A stretch of 64,000 nucleotides of DNA from an uncultured Gemmatimonadales bacterium. GTDB lineage: Bacteria > Gemmatimonadota > Gemmatimonadetes > Longimicrobiales > RSA9. A program made the position numbers and the translations under genes. The notes below the pieces were generated by a model, which worked only from the letters and a program-made list of their open reading frames with translations, was not told the DNA's origin and made no database searches. Every line of letters begins with the position of its first letter. The stretch's first letter is position 1. The DNA lies in NCBI GenBank assembly GCA_963798085.1, contig CAWCRS010000008.1:288001-352000 (forward strand), given 5' to 3'. Shown piece after piece: positions 49,638 through 58,738 of the stretch.

Positions 49638-51852
49638 TCACTTCCTTGGCAGCGCCAGGGCCACGAGCGACGTATTCCCCCCCGCGCCCGTCGCAAACAC
49701 GATGTACTGGCGGCCCTGATGCATGAACGTCATGGGCACCGCGCTCGTCTTGGACGGAATCTCCACCGCGCCCACCTGCTTGCCCGTAGCCTTGTCCACC
49801 GCGTACAGCGTGGGCGCCGCTCCCGGAGGCCCGCCGCTGCGGCCGGTGCCATAGATCATCAGTGACTTCGTATTGATCACCTGCGGCTGGCCGCGCCCGT
49901 TGAACGAGGGCGGCAGGTCCACGCCCCGGAATAACGGGTCGTTAGACGTCACCTTCTGCAGCTCGCCGCCGTTCGGCATCCACCAGGCCTTGTCGCCGGT
50001 GTTCAGGTTGTACGCGGTGATGCCGCCCAGCTCCTTCGGCTTCACGATGGAGACGCCGCCGATCGTGGTCGGGGCGCGCGCGCCGAAGCCCTCGCCGCGG
50101 CCCCTCGCAGTCGGCTTGTAGCCGGGCGGTGCGGGCAGCGCGCCCAGCAGACCGCAGCTGTCGTGCGGCGACTGGCTGTAGCGATGCTCGGAGCACGGGT
50201 CCTTCGCCACCTCGATCGTGTTGAGGCCGGACTGCGCGCCCACGAACAGGTAGCCCAGGTCGGGGTCCGCGGCCGCGCCGCCATCGATGTTCACACCGCC
50301 GCTCGCGCCGGGTGCGTACCACGAGCACGTGAGGCCGGTCGGAGAGCTGCCGTCGGCCACGACTGCAGGGATGTAGTAGGGGCCCATGCGACAGTACTTC
50401 GCCACCTTGAGCGCGGAATCGCGGATGGCCGGCGTGTAGTCGATCAGGTCGGACTCGATCAGGCCCTGCTGCGCATACGGTGCCGGCTTGCTCGGGATGG
50501 GCTGCGTGGGCGACGTCTTCTCACCCGGCACATCGCTCTGCAGCACCGGCGTCTCGGGAATCGGCCAGATGGGCTCGCCGGTCACGCGGTCCAGCACGTA
50601 CACAAAACCCTGCTTGGTGGTCTGCGCGATGATGCGCCGGCGCTGCCCGTTCACCGTCACGTCGAGCAGGTTGGGCGCCATGGGTGCGTCGTAATCCCAG
50701 AATGTCGTGGTGCACCATCTGGTAGTGCCACTTGCGCTGCCCGGTCTTCACATCAATGGCGACAATGCTGTTCCCAAACAGGTTGTTACCCGGACGGTGG
50801 CCGCCGTACTCGTCGGAGAGCGGCATGCCCACGGGAATGTAGACCAGGCCAAGGTCCGGGTCGGCGGTGTAGGGCGCCCAGGCGTCGTTCTTGCCCACGC
50901 CATCGGTGCCCAGCTTCGAGCCGCTCTCCCACGTCTCCGCGCCGAACTCGCCCGGCTGCGGCAGCAGGTCGAAACGCCAGAGCTGTTTGCCCGTGTGCAC
51001 ATTGAAACCGCGGATCCAGCCGGGCAGATTGTGCAGCCGCAGCGGATAGTAGCCGTGCATCGACGAGTTGCCGACAATGATCACGTCATTCACCACGATC
51101 GCCGGCGAGCTGTTGGCGATCTGACCGTTCGCCGGGTCGATGCCCATGGTGCCGTCGGCGCCCGTCTTCGTCACCGGGTCCCACTTCTCGCCCGGTCTCG
51201 CCTTCCGCGCGGGCGCGGCCTCGCTGATGATCAGCGGGCCCGAGTCGTCGACGGCCAGCGGCACCAGCGGGAAGCCCAGCCCCTCCATCAGATCGACGAC
51301 GCCATTGCTGCCGAACTTTGGATCGGGGATGCCGGTCTTTGCATCCAGCGACACCAGGTGATAACCCGGTGTTATGACGACGACACGCTCCTGCTGCCCG
51401 TCCGTCCACCAGGCCAGCCCGCGGCCCGCGAAATGGCGGGGCGCCTTCTGCCAGCGGATGCCCTCATCCATGCGCCACATCCAGAGCGTCTCGCCCGTAG
51501 CCGGATCAATCGCGACCGGAATGCGACGGGTAGTGGCCACGGTGAACAACCGGCCGTTGGCATAGAGCGGAGTCGTCCGATAGTACTCGTCGCTGCCGAA
51601 CGCGCCCGCGTTCCACTGCCACGCCACCTCCAGCGAGTTGAAGTTGGAGGCGTTGATCTGATCCAGCGGCGAGTAGCGCGTGCTCCAGGCGTCGGCGCCC
51701 CAGAAACGCCACTCGCCCGGCTTGTTGCCACGCACCAGGGCGTTCGCCTGCGCCTGCGAGCGCAGGGCGAGGCCGAAGATCGTGCCCAGCAGGGTGAGGC
51801 CCGCCAGGACGATGGCGGCGATGCGTCGCCTCGCCTGCACACGCTGCGTCAT
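49638..51852 (-). CDS. PQQ-dependent dehydrogenase (glucose/quinate-type beta-propeller); one extra base near 50700
   Basis: ATG 51852 with AGGAG RBS and signal peptide. RYSPLDQINASN, HHDIWDYD across the frameshift, TKQGFVYVLDRVTGEPIWPI, PMTFMHQGRQYIV. Confidence 0.88.
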
Positions 51853-52027
51853 GGTCACTCTCCTGTCCGGGAATGCGCGGCTGAGCCAGCAGCATGCGCG
51901 CCCGACCGGCAATTGTCCAGAGGCCGGGCAACTCGTGGCGCAGCGCGGCACCGGCTCGCCCCATCCCGCCATTCCATTGCCGGCCCGAGCACAGAGATTG
52001 GACCGCACGGCCGCATTGACGCCGCCC

Positions 52028-52067
52028 TTGCGCGGGCCCGGTCCCGTCGATATCATATCGATATCGA
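52028..52067 (+). promoter_or_regulatory. TA promoter with overlapping operator
   Basis: TTGCGC-N17-TATCAT. Perfect inverted repeat TCGATATC-N5-GATATCGA (52047-52067) covers the -10. Confidence 0.65.
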
Positions 52068-52077
52068 GGAGGCGGCC

Positions 52078-52323
52078 ATGGCACAGATCATCATCCGCAA
52101 CATTCCCGAGGATGCGATGGACGTGATCAAGACGCGGGCACGGCGGAAGGGCATTCCCACGGAGCAGGAGATTCGTCAGATGATTGTGGAGTCGGCGCGC
52201 CGGACGGACAGCTGGGATGGCTGGATGAAACAGAGCACGCGGCTGCGCAACCGGCTGGCGGCGGGCGAGCGCAACTTCACGGACTCGACGGACGCCGTCC
52301 GTGAGGATCGTGAAAGCCGCTGA
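52078..52323 (+). CDS. FitA-like ribbon-helix-helix antitoxin
   Basis: GAGGAGG RBS. MAQIIIRNIPEDAMDVIKTRARRKG...EQEIRQMI, ending DSTDAVREDR. Overlaps the toxin gene. Confidence 0.85.
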   Translation: MAQIIIRNIPEDAMDVIKTRARRKGIPTEQEIRQMIVESARRTDSWDGWMKQSTRLRNRLAAGERNFTDSTDAVREDRESR

Positions 52324-52765
52324 GGCGCCGCCCGCGGCCTGGGTTGTGGACGCGAGCGTGGCGCTCAAATGGGTGCGGCCGGAGCCCGGCTCGGAGGCGG
52401 CGCTCGCGTTCCTGAAACGGGTGCGCGCGCAGGATGCGGAGCTGTTCGCGCCGGACCTCTGGTGCATTGAGCTGGCCAGTGCTCTCTGGAAGAAGGCGAC
52501 GCTTCGGGGTCGGGATACGACGCCCGCCGAAGCGATGGAGTGTCTGCACCATCTTCTCGCCGCGCCCGTCGTCCGGGAGCCGCTGGGCAGGCTTGCGGAG
52601 CGCGCGCTCGACATCGCGCTCGAGCTGGGCGTCACCGCATACGACGCGTCCTATCTGGCTCTCGCCGAGTTCCTCGATGCGCCCGTGGTCACGTTCGATC
52701 GTCAGCTGGCGCAGCGAGTGAGCGGGAGCCGGCTGGAGGGCCGGATGGTGCTGTTAGCGGCTTGA
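52310..52765 (+). CDS. vapC: VapC/FitB PIN-domain toxin
   Basis: VVDASVALKW, APDLWCIELASAL, TAYDASYLALA, VTFDRQL. Confidence 0.9.
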   Translation: MKAAEAPPAAWVVDASVALKWVRPEPGSEAALAFLKRVRAQDAELFAPDLWCIELASALWKKATLRGRDTTPAEAMECLHHLLAAPVVREPLGRLAERALDIALELGVTAYDASYLALAEFLDAPVVTFDRQLAQRVSGSRLEGRMVLLAA

Positions 52766-52913
52766 CCAGGATTCGCGCGTGATCTTGTCGCCCGGCAATC
52801 GCGCGAGCTCGGCGTGGCCGCACGGTCTGCGCGCTCCACGACCTGGCGAGCAGCTGGGGTTTGCGGCTTGCGAGCCTGTCGATCGTGGCGCCACTGCGGT
52901 CCGCCGAACGCGT

Positions 52914-53396
52914 TCAGCTCTGGCGGGTGCGCGGGCGGAAAAGCCGGGCATCGAGTGACAACGGCCCGGCGCCCACCGCGATCAGAAACAGGCAGCCCAA
53001 CAGCATCGACCAGTCGGCGCGCGCCTCGTGTGCCATGCTCCAGAATCCATAGCGATCGAGCTTGCCGAGACGAAACGGGCCGAGATCGTGGCCCAGCAGA
53101 ATGGGCAGCTTGGTGCTGAGGATCGCGACGGAAATGTTGATGGCGAGGAGCAGTGCTGCCGGGCGGGTGAGCAGCCCGAGCAGCAGCAGCAGGCCGCCTG
53201 CGGTTTCGACCGCACCCACGAACGGCCCCATGATCTGTGGTGCAGGGATGCCGATTCTCGCGAAGCGGCCCGCGGCAAGCGCAGCCGGGAAAAGAAACTT
53301 CTGGATGCCTTCGGAGAGGAACACGGCGCCGACGAGCAGACGGATGAGGAGCGTTGCCGCCGGCGCATGCGTATCGAGCAGATTGCGGTTGTTCAT
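52914..53396 (-). CDS. DoxX family membrane protein
   Basis: GAGGA RBS. LIRLLVGAVFLSEGIQKF, LLGLLTRPAA, GAGPLSLD. Confidence 0.88.
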   Translation of the reverse strand: MNNRNLLDTHAPAATLLIRLLVGAVFLSEGIQKFLFPAALAAGRFARIGIPAPQIMGPFVGAVETAGGLLLLLGLLTRPAALLLAINISVAILSTKLPILLGHDLGPFRLGKLDRYGFWSMAHEARADWSMLLGCLFLIAVGAGPLSLDARLFRPRTRQS

Positions 53397-53452
53397 GGGA
53401 TCCTCGGACGAACGAGTCACCGGTTACTTGAGGCGTGCAGCAGTGTCCAGCA

Positions 53453-53829
53453 TCAGGAGCCCGCCTGGCCGCGTCCGGCCACAGCCATATAGAGGCCGAG
53501 CGCGATGAGCAGTATGGCAATGACCCGCCGGAACGCTGACTGCGGCAGCTTCCCGAGTACGCGTGTGCCGGCGGCGGTGCCGATCATCACCGCGGCCGAC
53601 GCGGTGACCACGAGCGGCCAGATGCCTGCAATACCACCACCGTACCGAACACGAGCGTGAGCGCGGGGCTCGACACCCGGACGTGAACCAGTGCGCCCAT
53701 GAGCCCGCCGGCGGCGCTGGCAATGCCGAACCCCAGCAGCACGCGGCGGTCGACATGACGGCGCAGCATCCAGTAGCGCTGCGCGGTGCCGTCGCGCAGG
53801 TCGTCGGTTGGGCGTGGGAAGGCAATCAC
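53453..53829 (-). pseudogene. Remnant of a TSUP/TauE (sulfite exporter) family permease
   Basis: RHVDRRVLLGFGIASAAGGLMGA joined by a frameshift or deletion to IGTAAGTRVLGKLPQSAFRRVIAILLIALGLYM. The 5' end is missing. Confidence 0.65.
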
Positions 53830-54734
53830 AGGCGGGCACGCACGAAAGCCTGCACGCCCTCGAGCACGGATGCGAGGTCGCCGGGCTCGTAGGGCACGTA
53901 GATGGCGCCGCCCAGGTCGGCGGGCATGCGCGCGCCTTGCTCGCGCACGATCAGCACGCGTTCACCGCCCTTCGCGTGTGTGAAGTAGCCGGCCTCGAGC
54001 AGCACGTTGTCGCGTGGCATGGCTTCCGCCTCGGCCGATTTCGACTGCAGCAGATCATCGCGCGTGAACAGGAGGACCGCCGCGCTGCAGCGGCTTGCGG
54101 CATCCGTGATCTCGGCCATGATGGTGCCGCCCTTGCGGAAGTCGCGACGCCAGTCGAGCACCGTCACGCCGCCACCCTCGAGTTCGCTCAGGATGCGGTC
54201 GGCCAGCTCGCCCGCGCGACTGCTGTAGCCGAGGAACAGATCGCAGCGGGCGCGCAAGCGCGCGTGCCATCCGGCGAGGAACGCCTGGAAGTCGGTCGTC
54301 TGCACGAGAGCGGCGGTGGCATCCGCGGGCAGCTCGAACACCGCGTTACCGGCGCGCGCATCGAAGGCGCCGCGCTGCGCACAACCGGTTTCGATGAGGG
54401 CGAGGACGGGCAGATCGAGCATGCCGGCGAGCGCCGCCTCGTAGTGGCAGTATTCGGTCACGAGCCCGCGCTCGCCCGACTCGTCCCGGATTCTCCAGTA
54501 GGGGAAACCCAGCAGCACCGCGCCCACACAGCGGCGCATGGCCGCCATCGCCGCCGCCGCTGTCCACGGACTCGCTGCGGCCAGGCCGGATCCTCCGGCG
54601 GGGGTGCCGAACGCCGTGCACTCGTAGCCCAGGTCGCGGATCGCATTCAGAATGGAGGCGCGCAGCGCACGCGTGCGCGCGTCCAGATAGCGCTCACGCG
54701 GACCACTGACGAAGATGCGTCGCACAACCGCCAT
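53826..54734 (-). CDS. Tandem TIR-like protein: N-terminal DUF4062/TIR-like domain + C-terminal CAP12/Pycsar-type TIR
   Basis: N-domain RIFVS...CVGAVLLG...TEYCHYEAALA...LPVLAL. C-domain LFLGYS...TIMAEI...AVLLFTRDD...PRDNVLLEAGYF...MPADLGG. Confidence 0.75.
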   Translation of the reverse strand: MAVVRRIFVSGPRERYLDARTRALRASILNAIRDLGYECTAFGTPAGGSGLAAASPWTAAAAMAAMRRCVGAVLLGFPYWRIRDESGERGLVTEYCHYEAALAGMLDLPVLALIETGCAQRGAFDARAGNAVFELPADATAALVQTTDFQAFLAGWHARLRARCDLFLGYSSRAGELADRILSELEGGGVTVLDWRRDFRKGGTIMAEITDAASRCSAAVLLFTRDDLLQSKSAEAEAMPRDNVLLEAGYFTHAKGGERVLIVREQGARMPADLGGAIYVPYEPGDLASVLEGVQAFVRARL

Positions 54735-54740
54735 GGCCGG

Positions 54741-55184
54741 CTACCTCTGCTGGATGCGTGGTCCGCCGGGCGTTGCGCTCGTGGTGTCGAAACGGATCGC
54801 ATCCAGGCTCGCGGAATCCGCCACGAGTTCGCTGTGGCCCGCGGGCATGCGGTTCACCTTGAGCAGGAACGCCAGCAACTGCACATACTCGTTCTTCGAG
54901 AGTGCGCCCGGATCGTTCTTCGGCATGTTCGTGCTGATGTAGCGGAACAGCGCCCAGAGCGATTTGCCGCCCCAGTTCGCGTTGAAGGCGGGGCCCGTGT
55001 GCGTGGTGGTCGCATGACAGCTCTGGCACATGCCGGCGAACACGTCCTGCCCGCGCAGTGCCTGCTCTCTGGTGTACACGCCCGCACGCGAGGAACGCGC
55101 CTGCGCGGATTGCGCGCGGGCAGCGCCTGCGCGCACGGCTAGCGCGCACAGCAGGATGAGGATCGTGGGGAGCGCGCGGGGCAT
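54741..55184 (-). CDS. Monoheme cytochrome c
   Basis: Signal peptide. GVYTREQALRG...CQSCH...MPKNDPGALS. Confidence 0.9.
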   Translation of the reverse strand: MPRALPTILILLCALAVRAGAARAQSAQARSSRAGVYTREQALRGQDVFAGMCQSCHATTTHTGPAFNANWGGKSLWALFRYISTNMPKNDPGALSKNEYVQLLAFLLKVNRMPAGHSELVADSASLDAIRFDTTSATPGGPRIQQR

Positions 55185-55188
55185 GGGT

Positions 55189-56841
55189 TCAGGCGCGGTC
55201 CGGTTCAGGTCGCGGCGCGCCGGCGGCCGCGTCGCTGGCAGGCGGGGAACGGCGGTCAGGCGACGACGCCAGTCGGCCGAACACGCCGGACAGCAGCCAC
55301 ACGACGCCCGCCGCGATCAGGAGCAGCAGCAGCACGCGCAGCAGCGCCAGCAGCAGCGTCGCATCCAGCGCGGGCCATTCGAACCTGAACTGACGCAGCG
55401 CATTGCCGCGGTCCAGCAGCCAGTGCCACGCGGTGTGGGCAATGAGCGCGGAGAGCAGGATCGTGCCCACGCGCTCCTCCATGACGCGGCGGAAAAGCCA
55501 GTCCAGCACGGGAATGGCGAGTGCCAGGACGAACAGCTGCCCCAGCTCGACGCCCACGTTGAATGCGAACAGCGATGTCAGCACGTGCGTGCCCGCGAAC
55601 TGGAGCGACTCGCGCAGGGCGAACGAGAAGCCGAAGCCGTGCACCAGGCCGAAGCCGAACGCGATCATCGAGCGTCGCCGGGCCGCGCGCGCGTCGCCCG
55701 CCGCGCGGGCTGCGTGCGCTGCGTCCGGCGCAGCGCGTGGCGCTGCCATCGCGGAAGCCGGACGGCGGCGCGGGGTCTCGAGCGTGCGGGCGCTGCTCGC
55801 GCTGCGGGCGGCGCCGGGGTTCGCAGCCGGTTCGCCGGGGCTGGCGGCCCGCACGATGTTCTCGAACGCCATGTACACGATCGATGCCGCAATGAGCGTC
55901 TCGATCAGTGGTGGAAACCAGAGCGGATCGGGAGCGAAGCCGGCGGCGGACGCGATGAGTGTGATGGAGTGCGCGACCGTGAACGCGGTGACAATGGGCA
56001 GCAGGGTGCGGAAGCGGCGGAACGGGATGACCAGGCAGAGCACGAAGAGCAGGTGATCGATGCCGCTCAGGATGTGGCGGAAGCCGAGGTCGATGAAGCG
56101 CAGCACGGCCTGGTGCCAGCGCGGATCGAGCCGCACCAGGCCGGGGTTGCCGACGTACGCGACCACGCGGTCCGGGTGGCCGGGCGCCAGGAAGTGCAAC
56201 ACGGTGTTGGTGCGCAGCCCCAGGTGCGCGAGCAGCGGGCGGATGGAGAAGCGCGAGCTGGCCGACGCGATCGGGTACTCGAACAGCACGTCGATCAGTG
56301 CCTGGTTCCAGACCAGCTCGGTGCCCGCGGCCAGCGGCGGGCCGGTCACGTGGGCGAGCGCGTCGTCCCAGTCGCCGAAGGAGCGGTCGGAGGGAAGCGA
56401 CACGCGCGCCGTCACGATCTGCTCGTGCTCCAGGCGCACGTCGCCTTCGTAGAGCTCGAGATAGTTGGCGATCCAGAGCTGCGCGGCATTGCGGACGAGC
56501 CTGTCCAGCGGATCCGGATCCAGGTCGAGATAGCCGGGGCCGTGCAGCGGCCATTCGACATCGCGCATGGCCTCGAGCGGAACGCGCACGAGCACGCGCA
56601 GCGTCTGTCCTTCCGGCTTCACGAACGCGAACACGGCCACGCGCGCCGGGATCTCGTGGCGCCGCGCCACCGTGGCGGGGAGGCTGCGCGGGCGCGCGGC
56701 GACTGCCCGGAGGAGCGGATGCGCGACCACCGCTGGCGCAGCGCGGCCGACCGGTGGTGCCCCCACGCCCGCCCGCGACGCGCCAGTCGTGTGCGGGAAC
56801 GCCCGTGCCGGCGCAACGCGCAGCAACGAAAGGCCAGCCAT
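55189..56841 (-). CDS. HupE/UreJ-family (HupE_UreJ_2) membrane protein; start uncertain
   Basis: HEIP after the putative signal. GFRHILSGIDHLLFVLCL, VTAFTVAHSITL, FGLVHGFGF, FNVGVELGQ. Confidence 0.82.
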   Translation of the reverse strand: MAGLSLLRVAPARAFPHTTGASRAGVGAPPVGRAAPAVVAHPLLRAVAARPRSLPATVARRHEIPARVAVFAFVKPEGQTLRVLVRVPLEAMRDVEWPLHGPGYLDLDPDPLDRLVRNAAQLWIANYLELYEGDVRLEHEQIVTARVSLPSDRSFGDWDDALAHVTGPPLAAGTELVWNQALIDVLFEYPIASASSRFSIRPLLAHLGLRTNTVLHFLAPGHPDRVVAYVGNPGLVRLDPRWHQAVLRFIDLGFRHILSGIDHLLFVLCLVIPFRRFRTLLPIVTAFTVAHSITLIASAAGFAPDPLWFPPLIETLIAASIVYMAFENIVRAASPGEPAANPGAARSASSARTLETPRRRPASAMAAPRAAPDAAHAARAAGDARAARRRSMIAFGFGLVHGFGFSFALRESLQFAGTHVLTSLFAFNVGVELGQLFVLALAIPVLDWLFRRVMEERVGTILLSALIAHTAWHWLLDRGNALRQFRFEWPALDATLLLALLRVLLLLLIAAGVVWLLSGVFGRLASSPDRRSPPASDAAAGAPRPEPDRA

Positions 56842-57168
56842 CGCGGTGAGCACGATGGCACGCCGGAAAGTGGACCCGTATCGTCGCCTGCCATCCGCTG
56901 CGCCGGACGGTGCGGCAGCGCAGGCGGCTCCTCTGCACGCGGGCGCCGTGCCTGCGACACCCTGCGAGGCCGCGCCGGTCCGCCCGCCGGCCGGTCTGCT
57001 CAGAGGATCGCACGCGTACGTGTGCGCGCGAGCGGGGGCTTCGGCTCTGGACGGATTCGAGACGCGGGGCATAGAATGACCGGGTCGCATACCGGCACGA
57101 GTATACGACATCCTCCCGCACCGGGCACAGGCATTCGACCGGGCAAAGCACTCAACCAGGAGCGGTCC

Positions 57169-58343
57169 ATGAAGCGCCGGCGCACACTCATTCTGGCGGG
57201 ATTGCTGGTGGCGGCCATCGGCGGTCTGGCTCTGGGCCAGGCGAGGCTGCAGGCGGCGGTGGAGCAGGAGGTGGAGGCGCCGGTGTTCGAGGTGGATCCA
57301 CTGTGGCCGAAACCACTGCCCAACCACTGGCTCCTGGGTCAGACGATTGGCGTGGGCATCGATTCACGCGATCACGTGTTCATCATCCACCGCGAACGAC
57401 ACGTTCAACGAGCGCACCGAGACCGGCTCGGCGACGAACCCGCCCACGGGCGAGTGCTGCAACCCGGCGCCGCCGGTTCTCGAGTTCGATCCGGATGGCA
57501 ATCTGGTCAACTCGTGGGGCGGGAAGGGCGACGGCTACACGTGGCCGGCCTCGAATCACGGCATCACGATCGACAACAAGGACAACGTGTGGATCGGCGG
57601 CAACGGGCAGGGCGACTCGCACATCCTGAAGTTCACGCACGACGGCAAGTTCCTGCTGCAGATCGGCATTCCCGGCCAGGACCCCAACAGCAACGCCATG
57701 GATCACTTCGGGCGGGTGGCCAAGATCGCGTTCGACTACAGTGCTAACGAGGCGTTTATGGCGGACGGCTACGGCAACAAGCGCGTCGCCGTGATCGACA
57801 TGGACAACGGCAGGATCAAGCGCTACTGGGGCGCCTACGGCCACAAGCCCGATGACGCCAACCCGGGCCGTTACACCCCAGACGCGCCGCCGGCACAGCA
57901 GTTCCGCAATCCCGTGCACTGCGCCATGCCCTCCAGCGACGGGTTACTGTACGTCTGCGACCGTCCCAACGACCGCATCCAGGTGTTCCGCAAGGACGGC
58001 ACGTTCGTGAAGGAGAAGATCATCGCGCCGCAGACGCTGGGCGATGGCTCGGTGTGGGACATCGCGTTCTCGCGCGATGCCGCGCAGAAGTACATCTATC
58101 TGGCCGACGGCAAGAACGAACGCATCTACGTGATCGATCGTGCCTCGCTGGAGATCCTCACGCAGTTCGGCGATGGTGGGCGGCAGCCCGGCGCGTTCTT
58201 CGCCGTGCACACCATCGCCACGGATTCGAAGGGCAATATCTACACGACCGAGACGTACGAGGGGAAGAGGGTGCAGAAGTTCGTCTATCAGGGGGATGGG
58301 GAGAGTGAAGAAGGTGCAGGGGGTAGTATGGCCGAAGCGCTGA
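57169..58343 (+). CDS. Secreted NHL-repeat protein (peptidyl-alpha-hydroxyglycine lyase-like); two indels
   Basis: ATG 57169 with AGGAG RBS. FEVDPLWPKPLPNHW, HGITIDNKDNVWI, ADGYGNKR, VCDRPNDRIQVF, HTIATDSKGNIY. Confidence 0.85.
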
Positions 58344-58682
58344 TTCTTGCGGGGGGAGGGCCCCGATCACGCGATGCAGGATGGCGCGGGCGGAGTCGAT
58401 ATCCGATTCGGTGAACAGATTGCGATCGACGAAGCTGTCGAGAACGGCGGCAGCTTCTGTTCCGGATCGCCGGGCAATGCGATAGAAGCGCGCTTTCTCC
58501 CCGGGCTTGAACTCACCCGCGCCTTCGGCTGCATTGAGCGTGACCGAAAGCAATGCGCGGCGAACCTGATCGAAGTTTTCGGCGTAGCCGCGCGGAACAC
58601 GTATCAGCAGATGCTCCACCTCGCGCATGAACGCCCGCGCCAGGTTGTACGCCGCCACCCTTCCCCCACGAACTCTCTCCAT
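58158..58682 (-). CDS. Four-helix-bundle protein (23S rRNA IVP / Avd-like family) with aberrant ends
   Basis: AYNLA...DQVRRALLSVTLNAAEG...EKARFYRIARRSGTE. The core ends near 58350 and the ORF then runs into the convergent NHL gene. Confidence 0.75.
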   Translation of the reverse strand: MERVRGGRVAAYNLARAFMREVEHLLIRVPRGYAENFDQVRRALLSVTLNAAEGAGEFKPGEKARFYRIARRSGTEAAAVLDSFVDRNLFTESDIDSARAILHRVIGALPPQESALRPYYPLHLLHSPHPPDRRTSAPSSPRTSRSCRYCPSNPWRWCARRRTRRAAAHHRRTA

Positions 58683-58738
58683 CACCGTCCCCCAGGAACA
58701 CCCTCCCGTAACCGGCGCTCTACCGCTAGCATTGCGCG

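Noticed and set aside
53826..54734. CBASS, Pycsar or Thoeris operon
   Set aside because: No nucleotide cyclase, ThsA-like effector or STING/cNMP sensor domain is adjacent.
55030..57747. Long alternative ORFs (e.g. 905 aa at 55030-57747 +, 719 aa at 931-3090 +, 538 aa at 50707-52323 +)
   Set aside because: These are antisense shadows of real genes in high-GC DNA. Only their 3' parts, where they coincide with the NHL 5' end or the FitA gene, are real.
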